From Octopus sinensis (taxonomy: Eukaryota), in assembly GCF_006345805.1 (NCBI RefSeq), contig NW_021833251.1, positions 15,240-79,239 on the forward strand: a stretch of DNA of 64,000 nt, given 5' to 3'. Each line of letters starts with the position of its first letter. Position 1 is the stretch's first letter. The position numbers and the translations under genes were made by a program. Below are positions 1 through 12,019 of this stretch, piece after piece. The notes below the pieces were generated by a model that ran no database searches, had not been told where the DNA came from, and saw only the letters and a program-made list of their open reading frames with translations.

Positions 1-1025
1 ATATATATATATATTTATATAATATATATATATATATATATACATTAATATAGGGTGCACGCGCATACATACTCAAACATTATAACACGCATATATTTGC
101 ACTTTCAAAAGGATGAATATCTGTGTGTGTGTATGTGTGAGTGTGTGTGCGTGCGTGCGTTTTTGTGTGTGTTTATGGTGCAGTTATTTATACGCACATA
201 GTACTTACACACCATATATACATAACTATATGCGTTTGTATATGTGTGAGTATATGTCTGCGTATGTGTGTGAACGCCTGTATGCGTGTCTGCCTGAGCT
301 GAGTGCAAAATTGTTTCAATGAAAATGATGATTTTTTTAATGATTTTTTTAATGCTAATTAATGCACACTCGAAATAACGTTATGGATTGTCAAAATATG
401 TGTATATATTAACTGAAATAGTACGTTGCAAAATACACTCAGATTTCAGAAAACAAGCACAAAACTTCATTTAAAATAAGCCAATTTTGAACCTCTAGAT
501 GCTTGCTGGCAAGTTAAGTATAATAGCCAAATATCATTGATACTCTAATTAATGAAACAAATAATATTGACACATTAAGTCATGTATAAATAAACCTATG
601 GGAAAATACATATGATATGGTCATGACTGGAATGCTTTTGAATATTGGCTTGCTTGACCCAATGTTGGCCCGTGACTGTATTTTACACGAACAGCTGCGT
701 AGTGAATAAGTTTGCTTACCAAATATATGGTTTTGTCTTGAGTACTATAGCGTGATAATTTTGGCTACTGTCTTATATGGAAGCCTTGAGTGACCAAATG
801 CGTTCGTTTCCTTGTTTTCACATCGTACAATTGCTAAAAATAAATGTCGTTCATTTCGAATATTGAGCGCAATATTTCCCATGGGGAAATGTTACCTTGC
901 TGGGAAACAAGTACGTTTTGAGTATAGAAATGGCCATAGAAAATCTACCTTAATTTTGTCGGACCCATGCAAGCATGAAAAACCGGACGTTTGAATAGAA
1001 ATGATGATTGATTTTACCTTTTTAG

Positions 1026-1090
1026 TCAAGCAAGTTGGTAGTGCTCCTGGCCTGTTACATGGTGTACGAGACTGGAGAGTCATAGATGAG
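1026..1090 (+). CDS. Candidate isolated 65-nt coding exon (unknown gene)
   Basis: Acceptor attttacctttttag| and donor GAG|gtacgt. One frame is open (phase 1 to 0): KQVGSAPGLLHGVRDWRVIDE. The peptide is not recognised and no partner exon was found. Confidence 0.3.
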
Positions 1091-1144
1091 GTACGTATAT
1101 TAAACCCGGCTTGAATTATTGCAATGGAATGGATTTTTGTAAAC

Positions 1145-1481
1145 CAGGGTTTCTCAAACAATTTTTTTTTACCTAAGGATCCCTTTAATTACTATTTTAT
1201 TCTGGTCGACTCCCATAGACATTCGCTGTTTAAAATCTAGTTTTATAGTATCTTCTGTCAAAATTCCTATATTGTATTTCGTACATTCATTTGTATAGGT
1301 TGAACAATGTAAAATGTTAGAGAGAGAAATCTAGCATTATTTTTTTTGCAATACATACCAATACATACATGTAAAGTAAAATCTTTTCATATCACTTAGA
1401 CTACTAATGTGGATCCCCAGTTTACTGTTTTGTTGCGTGAATCCCAAGAAATCTTATATGGATCCCGGTTGAGAACGACTG
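1145..1481. mobile_element. hAT/Charlie-like MITE
   Basis: Imperfect TIRs cagggtttctcaaac / ggttgagaacgactg (11/15 match). Near-duplicated 8-bp flanks ttgtaaac / ctttaaac. Internal ggatccc sub-terminal repeats; no ORF. Confidence 0.65.
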
Positions 1482-1513
1482 CTTTAAACAGTTCTATATT
1501 TAAGAGAGGAGGA

Positions 1514-1651
1514 ATTATGTACATTATTTACATTTGACAGATATTTGTCCTCATCTTGTTTGTTGTTAACACAACGTTTTCGGCTGATATACCCTCCGGC
1601 CTTCATTAGGTGTCTTAGGGAAATTTCGAACCTGGGTTCTCATTCCTAAGG
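1514..1651 (-). mobile_element. Headless copy of the hammerhead-bearing SINE tail
   Basis: Reverse complement of about 1805-1936. The HHR core is mutated to CTAATGA (plus-strand tcattag at 1603-1609). Confidence 0.8.
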
Positions 1652-1729
1652 TAAGTGGTTAAGAGTGCGGGCTACCAACGCCAAGATTCCGAGTTCGATT
1701 CCAAGCAGTGAGCAGGGACCTGAATGATG

Positions 1730-1795
<66 letters not shown>

Positions 1796-1936
1796 TCGAA
1801 GAATACCTTAGTAATGCGAACCCAGGTTCGAAATTTCCTCAAGACACCTGATGAAGGCTGGAGGCAGCTGAAACGTTGTGTTAACAACATACAAGGTGAG
1901 GACAAATATCCGTCAAGTGTAAATAATGTAAATAAT
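1652..1936 (+). mobile_element. tRNA-derived SINE: tRNA-like head, (AAT)n, HHR-containing tail
   Basis: Partial A box (agtggttaag) and B box gagttcgattcc, then an (aat)n tract, then a tail ending in (tgtaaataa)x2. Confidence 0.75.
1843..1883 (+). ncRNA. Minimal type-I hammerhead ribozyme motif
   Basis: Stem I gacac/gtgtt; CTGATGA 1848-1854; stem II ggctg/cagct; GAAA 1870-1873; palindromic stem III ACGT; GUU cleavage triplet. Confidence 0.65.
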
Positions 1937-2234
1937 GGACTGCTTTAACGTCAAACAAGTGTTAGATTTTGCTGATAAGCCACCTAACGGTTTAAGTCCA
2001 CCATCCTGGTAACCCACAGCGGAATTCTGATTTTGAACACAAAAAGACATAATAAATACCAACGTACTTATATTTCAGCAAATCCACCGCTTTACTTCGA
2101 TATTTCTCATCGATCTTCCAAATGGACGAAGTCGATAGAATTTGAACTCAGAACGCCCACATTTGGAACGGATACTACGATTTGTCACCTGATATATAGG
2201 TTTCATTTCAGTTCTTGATATGCGTTATAGAAGT

Positions 2235-2552
2235 TGCGGGCAATGATCTGGCTGAATCGTTACCGCACTGTGCAAAAATTCCAAGCGGCATTTTTTTTCC
2301 GGTTTTATATTTTCAGTTCAAATTACCGCCGATGTCGGCTTTGCTTTCATCATTTTTGCAACAATAAAATGGGCATGAATCAAGGAGTGGGATTTATGCC
2401 AGTAATGTACCCAAGCCCTCAATAAGCTCTGTACTTATGAGTTCTAGAACCCTTTTGTTACGCACTGGGATCGATGTAATCGACTTAATCCATATGTCTG
2501 TCCTCGTTTGTCCCTTCTATGTTTAGCCCCTTGTGGGCAATAAAGAAATAAG
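2235..2552 (+). mobile_element. SINE family B (tRNA head, gcctttcatcc core), degenerate and interrupted
   Basis: The head (ggcaatgatctggctgaatcgtta...ttcagttcaaattaccgccga) and the tail (2458-2552) both match the 24426-24841 element. Confidence 0.7.
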
Positions 2553-3478
2553 AAACATTGGCGAAGAAAAATAAGAGCCAATAAAATATAGGCAAACCCG
2601 GTAAAAGACCAACTGGCAATAATTCAATTATTAGCTTACCTAAATTCAACTGAAACATCGGGGTGTTATACAAGTACAATGTTACAGTTGTTTTTATGCT
2701 GTGTTTATGCTTCAGTCCCAACACTTCACTCCCTTTTCGTTTCCTCGCTAACATTTTATCCCTGCCTCCCCGCAATCTCATTTTCTCTTCCTATATTTCC
2801 ATGTTGATGATTTTAGCGTTAGCTCTTACTTAATATATCGCTTTACGTATTGGTGGAATTATAAAGTTATTCCTCGAAGTGAACATGAAAAAAATAAATG
2901 GATTAGGAATAAATAAATATGAAATACACAAGAAAAGATATATAATTGAAACAAACTTTGCGTCTTTTCTTAGAAAGCAAAACGAATAAGTTTTATGTGT
3001 GCGGTGTATATGCGTGTGTTCATGTATATAAACATGTGCGCACGTATATAAATAAGTATATGTATGGAAATATATACATATATATGGATTCATATATGCA
3101 TATATATATATGCGTACATATATGTATGTGTGTGTACATTCATACATGACCACATGCATAAAATTGAAGGTACACATATATATTCATACATGTATGTGTA
3201 TACACACACATGCACATACACGCATACGCATATGCATATATATATATGTGCGTGTTGTACCTATGTGTGAGTGTGTGTGTGTGGCTGTGTACAATATAGC
3301 AAAAAAAAAAAACATTTTACTTAAACTTAACTCCAAAATGTTTCAAACTAACTTTTTACAACTACAGATGTAACTGGAGGATATTACAAGCAATAAAAAT
3401 TGTGAAATTTTAAATAAATGCATATTTTACATTCTACAGTTTTAACGAATTACTACGTACGCGCGCACATACACACAT

Positions 3479-3537
<59 letters not shown>

Positions 3538-3606
3538 TATATATATAATTTCCAAAACAATAATTCGAAGAAAAATTTCTTCTAGTAATCTCGGTTCAAG
3601 AATCGA

Positions 3607-3815
3607 TAACGATGAAGACGATGGTTATGATGGTGATGATGATCAAGACGACAACGAATAGCACGACCAGGGCGGCGTGTTGGATGATGATGATGATGAA
3701 GATGATGGTGGTGATGGTGGTGGTGGTGGTTGTGGTGGTGGTGGTGGTGGTTGTGGTTGTAGTGGCGGTGGTGGTCACAGATATCCTCAACGTCACCTGC
3801 GACATCATCATCATG
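3607..3815. repeat. (GAT)n/(GGT)n trinucleotide low-complexity tract
   Basis: Direct reading; it explains ORFs 3596-3814 and 3612-3920. Confidence 0.95.
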
Positions 3816-3836
3816 TTGATATCTACTTTTTTTTTT

Positions 3837-3970
3837 TACTTGTTTCAGTCATGTGACTGTGGCCATGCTGGAGCACCACCCTTGGTCGAGCAAATCGACC
3901 CCAGGACTTATTCTTTGTAAGCCTAGTACTTATTCTATCGGTCTCTTTTACCGAACCGCTAAGTTACGGG
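3837..3970 (-). mobile_element. SINE family A, 3' half
   Basis: tacttgtttcagtc...gctggagcacc...aaccgctaagttacggg is the reverse complement of the family A tail (compare 58012-58423). Confidence 0.85.
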
Positions 3971-4217
3971 TGACAAAGTCGATGTACTTAATGAAGTTAG
4001 TAAGGAATGATAAGCATAATGATGATGATTGCGATGATATTGTTGGTGGTAATGCTTTGGAATTGAGAACAAAAGGTGGTTGGATAAGTTTGCCGAGAAC
4101 TTTCGGAAGTTTTATGGGTCCAAATAGCTAATACATCAAAAGTATCATAACGTCAGCATGTACATATGCATACAGAAGGAAAATATATAATACGGGTAGA
4201 CAGGCAGACATATAGAT

Positions 4218-4261
<44 letters not shown>

Positions 4262-4413
4262 TAGATAGATAGATAGATAGATAGAATTGTAGACTCACAC
4301 ACACATACAAGCACACACAAACACACACACAAACCACTCACATAAACACACATATATATATATAACATACGTCTAACCGTACTCATTCATGTTGATTCTA
4401 TTTTTTCAATTAA

Positions 4414-4487
<74 letters not shown>

Positions 4488-4747
4488 GTGGTGTGGTGTG
4501 TGTGTGTGCATACATATATGCATATAAATTATCTGTTAACCTTCTTATGTAGCCTATCTACCTAAATACAAATATGTACATATATTTGTATGCATATTTA
4601 TGTGTGTATATATATACATACATATATACATGTATATATATATATATATTATATATATTATATAGATAATGTGTTTGTGTGTGTGTGTGTGTGTGTGTAT
4701 GTATGGATATATATATATATATATATATATATATTCTATTATAATAT

Positions 4748-4778
<31 letters not shown>

Positions 4779-4850
4779 TATATGTATGTATATATGTATA
4801 TTTTGAAAATTTATGGCGTCGTATATACAGATACACACATACATTCGGCC

Positions 4851-4884
<34 letters not shown>

Positions 4885-5257
4885 CTATATGTATGCATGT
4901 ATGTATGTATATTTGTATGTATGTAACACACGAAACCCATGAATATGAGTTAATAACAAATCAAGAAGTTCATATATTTCTTCATTTTTTCGCGCAGTAA
5001 ATTTGCAGCATGTATGTCTAAAATATTAAGATTTTATTTTATATGGAATTTTGTCACTTGAGCATTTTTCTATCCGAGATGTCTTAGTCTTGTCATATAA
5101 CGTAAATTATGTAAATGAATATCCATTTATAATTGTATATATGTGTATATATATTGTATATATACATATATATATATATGTATATAAATTTACTTATTTA
5201 TGTAAATATATATATATATATATATTGTATATGCACATACACACACATTCAAATACA

Positions 5258-5297
<40 letters not shown>

Positions 5298-5534
5298 AAT
5301 AGGTGTATATGCAGGCATTCACCTATGTTAATATATTTGTCTTTTTATATTTCTTCATAATTTACTGGTTTAAAATTCTTTAGCATATATGCATTCTTTA
5401 TGTTTCCGCATATGTGAAATTTATTTAAAAATTCCCTCAAAAATAAACATTAAAATTTTGACAATTTACTTAAAAATTACGTAAGTTTTTATTCATTTAA
5501 TTTTAGCAAATCAAATCAGTTTGCGCAAATATTT

Positions 5535-5561
5535 TCATTATTATTATTATCATTATTATTA

Positions 5562-5604
<43 letters not shown>

Positions 5605-5691
5605 GCTTTTGCTGTTGTTATTATTATTATTGATGTTGTTGTTGTTGTTGTTGTTATTATTATTATTATTACTATTATTATTATTATTATT

Positions 5692-5724
<33 letters not shown>

Positions 5725-5752
5725 GTCATCATCATCGTCATCATCATCATCC

Positions 5753-5791
<39 letters not shown>

Positions 5792-5840
5792 ACATCATCA
5801 TCATCATCATTTTCGTCATCACCGTTGTCGTTGTCGTTGA
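5535..5840. repeat. (ATT)n/(GTT)n/(ATC)n microsatellite block
   Basis: Direct reading; it produces the spurious 300-aa poly-Ile ORF 5521-6423. Confidence 0.95.
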
Positions 5841-5989
5841 TAATTTTAATATTGCTCTTGTTCTTAATATTTCATGTTATATTTCTTTTCAAAGTATTTA
5901 TTTTATGGAGAACTTTAAATATATATACACTTGGGAAACACCTATATACATAGCGTGGTGCATTTACACACATACACATACATGCGTAC

Positions 5990-6062
<73 letters not shown>

Positions 6063-6470
6063 GTTATATATACATATATGCAACTTTCGTTTTTATTTTT
6101 TTTCATTATTTAGCACATTAAATATGCAATTTTATAAGCACTTTTCTAATTGGTATGTAATCATATATTTGTATATATCAAATATTCAAAAATATAATTA
6201 TGAATTTATTTACTTAACTCTCCGTAAACCCCTTTCCTTTCACCCCACCCCATACACACAAACAAACATGCACAAACATACACAAACACACACACACACA
6301 CATACGTTCAAATATATATGGATGAGCTATTTTCTGTGTGTTTGTAATGGTTTCACCTGTAAAGATGTCGTATATGCAAGTGTTTTCTTCAGTTCCACTT
6401 ATAATGTATGTGTGTTCACGTAAAACTCAAAAATACCAAAATTTTGCAGTACACACAAACACATATTTAT

Positions 6471-6702
6471 AGGCGCAGGAGTGGCTGCATGTTAAGTAGC
6501 TTTCTTACCAACCAACCAGCCACATGGTTACGGGTTCAGTCCCAATGCGTGGCACCTTGGGCAACTGTCTTCTACTATAGCCTTGTGGGTGGATTTGGTA
6601 GACGGAAACTGAAAGAAGCCCGTCGCATGTATATATATATACGTATATATGTGTGTATGTATGTATGTGTGTCTGTGTTTGGAGCCACCCCACAATCGCT
6701 TG

Positions 6703-6706
<4 letters not shown>
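6471..6706 (+). mobile_element. SINE family A, 5' half
   Basis: aggcgcaggagtggctg...gggttcagtcccaatgcgtggcaccttgggcaa...ggatttggtagacggaaactgaaagaagcccgtcg. Confidence 0.85.
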
Positions 6707-6746
<40 letters not shown>

Positions 6747-6796
6747 CAATACATATATATATATTATATATATATATATATTATACATATTATATA

Positions 6797-6855
<59 letters not shown>

Positions 6856-6970
6856 ATATATATATATCAATAGTAATAGTAATGGCAGCAAAAGAATGAA
6901 TGAGACCTCGATATTATGTAAGTAGAGTAATTTATCTGTAATAATATATGTAACGATTATACGTTTGCCG

Positions 6971-7033
6971 TAATAAAACTCCGAGTTTCGGATGTGGGGG
7001 CAGAAATCTGCTCCGGCATCTCGTCAGTTATTA
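6971..7033 (-). ncRNA. Type-I hammerhead ribozyme motif
   Basis: Minus strand reads taataa-CTGACGA-gatg..catc-c-GAAA-CTCGGAGT-T-ttatta. Stem I is 6 bp; stem III ACTC-G-GAGT is palindromic; GUU triplet. Confidence 0.7.
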
Positions 7034-7054
7034 AGACAAACAAAAATGCGCTTA

Positions 7055-7118
7055 TTAAGAACTGACGAGATGCCGGAACTGATTTCCTCCTCGACATCCG
7101 AAACGCGGAGTTTTATTA
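7055..7118 (+). ncRNA. Type-I hammerhead ribozyme motif (twin of 6971-7033)
   Basis: CTGACGA 7062-7068; gatg/catc stem II; GAAA 7100-7103; ACGC-G-GAGT; GUU triplet. Stem I has one mismatch. Confidence 0.6.
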
Positions 7119-7184
7119 TGGCAAACGAATAATTGTTACATATTATATTACAGATGTATATGTGTGTGTGCGTTTATGAGTATT

Positions 7185-8022
7185 ATGTAAGAGAAACCGG
7201 AAAAGTTCCCTGTGGGATATGCCCGTTGTAGTTCAGGCTTCCGCCGCGAGGATCCACTTGCTGTGGCCCTCAGGCATCATTGTGCCGACAAACGTTGTCT
7301 TGTGTGGTTCTACTGCCAAGTGGTGCGTCTTTATTTAGCTGTGCACCCCCCTCCCAGTTCATCGGTTTTTACGTGCTTCCATGAAATTCTATTTTCTGCT
7401 GATGAAAACGGAGGCTAAAACAGTTCTCATGCTTCAAACAACAAACAAGGACACTCCCATGGGCGAAACCTAAGAGTACGTGTGGTTTTCAAGCTTTAGG
7501 AATGGTTACCTGTCTCTTGAGGACCAACCACGTTCGGGGCGACCGTCAACCTACCGAGCGATTGAAAGCATCATGAAAATACATGAACTGATCTTGGAGG
7601 ATTTTCACTGAAATAATTGATGAACTTGTTGATATGACTGGTGTGACCTAGAACTCCTGCTAATGAATTTTGTACGAGTAATTGCGAGAGCAAAGAGTTG
7701 TAGAAAAATTTGTGCCTCGCCTGCTCACGCAAGATCACAAGTAGTCACGACGGAAAGAACATTTGGTAGTTGAAACAGACCATTTTTTCACTGGTGAAGG
7801 AAGCTGGTGCTAACGAATTTGCAGATGTGGAATGGGTGAAGAGTTAAAAGGTAACACTTCGTAAGAGTTCCAGCACTGCAGCCAACAGTAGAAAATGCGT
7901 CTGGACCGAAGCTTTGCTTCAAATGTAGAATACTTTGAAAGCAATAAAAGTGTAAACATGTAAAACTAAGTGAATCAAATAATATTGCAAAATTCTGCTT
8001 TGTTTTGAGTATCCCCTTGTGT
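7185..8022 (+). mobile_element. Degenerate, internally deleted mariner (Tc1/mariner) element
   Basis: Broken frames give KFYFLLMKTEAKTVLML...WFSSFRNGYLSLEDQPRSGRPST...KFVPRLLTQDHK, a mariner N-terminal HTH region with a VPRLL-type motif. The right end is TIR-like: ttttgagtatccccttgtg-ta. Confidence 0.8.
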
Positions 8023-8031
8023 ATATATATA

Positions 8032-8691
8032 CTAGCAGTATCGCCCGCGTTGCTCGGGTTTGTAAGGGAAATAACTATATAAGCATTTTTAGAGAGTTAT
8101 AGCAAAAAAATGAGCAAAAAAATGGAATAAAAAATGATGGTAATTTTTTTTTTAATCGTTGACTCATCGTAGACATTTTTAGAGAGTTACTTCCCTTATA
8201 TAATAGCGAAAAAATGCATTAAAATGGAAAAAATGATGGTAAATTTTTTTTTAAATCTTAGACTTATCGTAGACGCTTTCTTAGCCATTTCTGTTTTGGT
8301 GTCTTCAAGCCATGAAGTCGTTGTTCTAAAAGAACGCTGGTCTCCTTGACAATGCTTTACGACGTTGATTTCCTTACACTCTCTTCCCCACAGCTTCACG
8401 AGGGAGGGAAGAAGGGGGAGAAGCAACACAGGTGCAGGTGTGACCATGGACGCCAACTCTGCCGCCATCGACACACGAAAAAATATGCGTTAAAATGAAA
8501 AAAAATTATGTTAAATTATTTTTAAAATCGTAGACTCATCGTAGACGCGCGCTAATACCCAGGCGGGCTCGATATGAATCCCGACTATAAGATACCCGAA
8601 TTTGGTTAAACTGTACCGCAAAATGTGGGAGTAGTTAGGAATCTAAATCTTAGGAGACAGACACTCACACAACTACAGTTTTATATATATA
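8032..8691 (-). mobile_element. Non-autonomous Helitron, copy 1
   Basis: 3' CTAG at 8032-8035 is preceded on the minus strand by a GC hairpin (cccgagcaacgcggg). The 5' end is TATATATATAAAA. Confidence 0.85.
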
Positions 8692-9203
8692 CTAGCAGTA
8701 TCATCCGGCGTTGCTCGGGTTTGTAAGAGAAATAACTATATAAGCATTTTTAGAGAGTTACTTCCTTTATAGATGCCAATTCGGGCTTTCTTAGCCATTT
8801 CTGTTTTGGTGTCTTCAAGCCATGAAGTCGTTGTTCTAAAAGAACGCTGGTCTCCTTGACAACGCATTACGACGTTGATTTCCTTAAACTCCCTTCTCCA
8901 CAGCTTCACGAGGGAGGGAAAAGGGGGAGAAGCAAACAGGTGCAGCTGTGAGCGTGGACGCCAACTCCGCCGCCATCGACACACGAAAAATTATGCATTA
9001 AAATGGAATAAAAAATGATGTTAAATTAATTTTACAATCGTAGACTCATCGTAGACGCGTGCTAATAGCCAGACGGGCTCGATATTAATCACGACTATAA
9101 GATACCCGAATTTGGTTAAACTGCACCGCAAAATGTGGGAGGAGTTAGGAATCTAAATCGTAGGAGACAGACACTCACACAACTACAGTTTTATATATAT
9201 AGA
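8692..9203 (-). mobile_element. Non-autonomous Helitron, copy 2 (tandem with copy 1)
   Basis: 5' TCTATATATATAAAA at 9203; 3' hairpin plus CTAG at 8692-8695. The dimer sits between A and T with no TSD. Confidence 0.85.
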
Positions 9204-10634
9204 TATATATATAAATATATATATGTGTGTGTGTGTGTGTGTGTATGTGTGTATGTGTGTGTGTATGTGTGTGCGCGTGTGTGTGTGAATACATGTAAGT
9301 ATGTATATATATATATATACGGATCCATGCTAATAACTTAGGAGTAATTTCGATTCCCAGCTGGTTTGCTCAATATGGCAACACCATTGTTATGTTTTCA
9401 AAGTGAAAAAATGTGGGTTCTTGAATCGAAGTGAAAATATTCCATCAGAATTGACGTATTTCTTATCCATTAGTTAAATTGTGTTTTTAATGATTTGCCC
9501 GATTCTCTAAGACGTTATTGAGAACTCGACTGGTAACATACTTTCTGAACACAAGATGAACGAGAGAAGACGTCCTTACTGTAAGATCAATTATCTTGCT
9601 AATGAATAAGTGTGTTATAAAGAGGCTACATTTCAACGAAAAGTCTTCAATAAAAGGCGAAACATTTCCGTGCATGTCTTTTATAAGTATAGCTAGAAAA
9701 ATAACAATTATCGACAAATGAGATATTTCCTAAATCACATATGCGAATGTCTTTAACATTTTATAATTGAATTCTTTCAGGCAATGGACAGTCATGTTAA
9801 GGGAGGTCTTGAATGGTTAGCAACTTTTACCAACTTTTCTCACAAGATATCGGCTGGCCAAGAGACATAGTATAAGATACTTGCTCAACTACCCACACAC
9901 TGGAATTGATACGTCATCACGTTGTTTCGAAAGTTAATTTCTTAACTACACATTCATTATACGTTAATTATTTAAGTTTGGAAGTAATAAATACATACAA
10001 TTAAATCGAATTAGTATAGACAGGGTGATATTTTTGCTTTTACCTTTTTAATTTATTATTTGCCGGCTGGTAATGAAATATTTACGCTTCGAGCAGACTA
10101 ATTTTGGTATATAATAAATACGATGCATTGTAGTATTATAAAATTCTGTATCGTTATTTTGGTGCTTCCAGAATTGCATAAATCGGTGGATGATATAAGC
10201 AAAGTTACTGAGATTAAATTTTGGCTTGGATTCTTTGAGAATAAGAATGGAAAACTAATGGAATGGAATAACTTAATATTTTCCGTTCCCAGAGACAATG
10301 AAAAACGCAGGAATAGAGCTTGAAATTGGTAAGTTCGTGGCAAAGAAAGATAAAGGACGGGAAACTAAAATATTGCTGATGCGACGATATTGAAGGAATT
10401 ATTTAATATGGGAAATAATTACATTCTAATCGAAATGAAACATACGACTAGTTGAAGGGACAGTTATTAATACCTGAGAATTTTTTTTTTTTTTATAAAA
10501 TTTTGTTTTGTATATAAATATTTTCAATCACTTTTTTATATTTTTTGTTGTTTTATTAAATGTACTTTCCTTACCTTTTCCCAAAATCAGCTGCACATAC
10601 AGTCACAAAAACCTACATATACACATACACACAC

Positions 10635-10668
<34 letters not shown>

Positions 10669-10964
10669 ATATATACATACATACATACATACATACACAT
10701 GTATATATATATATATATGTGTGTGTGTATATATATATAAACATACTGTACAGTTCAGTAATCGAGTGTATGTAGGGGATACACCATACGTTCTTCACAT
10801 ATATACAGTTATTATAAATTTATATTTATTATATTATCATTATAAATAATATTTACATTCATAGTATATTTCCAACGCTGTAATATAAGGTAAAACTCGT
10901 GTAACATAGAATTATAAACACACCAAATTTTGCAGTCTTTGAATATATTTTCCTTTATTCTTTT

Positions 10965-11235
10965 ATTTGGTTCAGTCATTTGACAACACTTTAAAAGGAT
11001 TTATTTGAAGAAATCGACCCCAGGACATATTCGGGGACATAAACATACCACCATTGAATCTCAAGCGATGGAAGTAGGACATAAAAATAAATACATACGT
11101 GCATATATATATATATATATATATACATACGACGGGCTTCTTTCTGTTTCCGTTTACCAAATCCACTCAGAAGATTTTGATCGACACGAGGCTACAGTAA
11201 AACATACTTGCCCAACGTGCCACGCAGTAGGATTA
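10965..11235 (-). mobile_element. SINE family A, degenerate
   Basis: gacgggcttctttctgtttccgtttaccaaatccactc...cttgcccaacgtgccacgcagt plus a decayed tail. Confidence 0.7.
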
Positions 11236-11268
11236 CATATAACTCACACACACACTCACACACGCACG

Positions 11269-11299
<31 letters not shown>

Positions 11300-11830
11300 A
11301 CACACACACACACAAACATGCATGTGCATGTTTATACCAGTGTGCATGTGCATGAAGACACGTTAGTTACGTGTAAACATTCTAGCTATAATCCCACTAT
11401 TTTTTTTTTTTCTTAAGCAAATATTTCCTGATGAAGGGCATGTGTGTGCTTATGTGTATGCGTGTGTGTGAGAGGGGTTGCATGTGAGCGTGAGTAAGAT
11501 GAATGCAAATATACGTGTGTACATATATAGATACACAAATGCGCACAGGCACACATCATACGCATACATATGCATGCAATTTTTTTTCTATTTCCGAACA
11601 ACCATTCTAACCTCCACTCCTTCTGTCATACTTCTTATACTCCATACTACTTGTACACAGCTTTCTCATTTACATTTGGATTCTTTTCATTCTCTCTTAT
11701 TTAATCTCGATCTTTGCAGTAAATTCAGACAGTATAAACTGACCAAGCTACAAACAATTTACATGGAAATGGTGCTATTTAGGTGTAATTATATAGTTTA
11801 AATACAAACTTAATAAGAACACAAGAAGAA

Positions 11831-11871
<41 letters not shown>

Positions 11872-11944
11872 ATGCACGGCAGACGAAATAAACTTGCGTT
11901 TGTTTCCATGCTAAAAAGAAAGTCAGAATGAACACATATATGTG

Positions 11945-11984
<40 letters not shown>

Positions 11985-11988
11985 TATG

Positions 11989-12019
<31 letters not shown>

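Larger units (their letters stand above)
6934..7155. repeat. About 100-bp-arm inverted repeat made of two PLE-type tails
   Basis: Arms 6934-7035 and 7051-7155 are imperfect reverse complements separated by a 15-nt spacer. Confidence 0.9.

Noticed and set aside
5521-6423. Longest ORF (300 aa), and the many YI/HT/CV/poly-I/poly-M ORFs in the track
   Set aside because: These are translations of (ATT)n, (TA)n, (CA)n and (GAT)n microsatellites, with no domain content.
10123-10323. ORF with FWLG...W, superficially lectin-like
   Set aside because: It lacks the cysteine pattern, and there is a stop before the nearby donor site.
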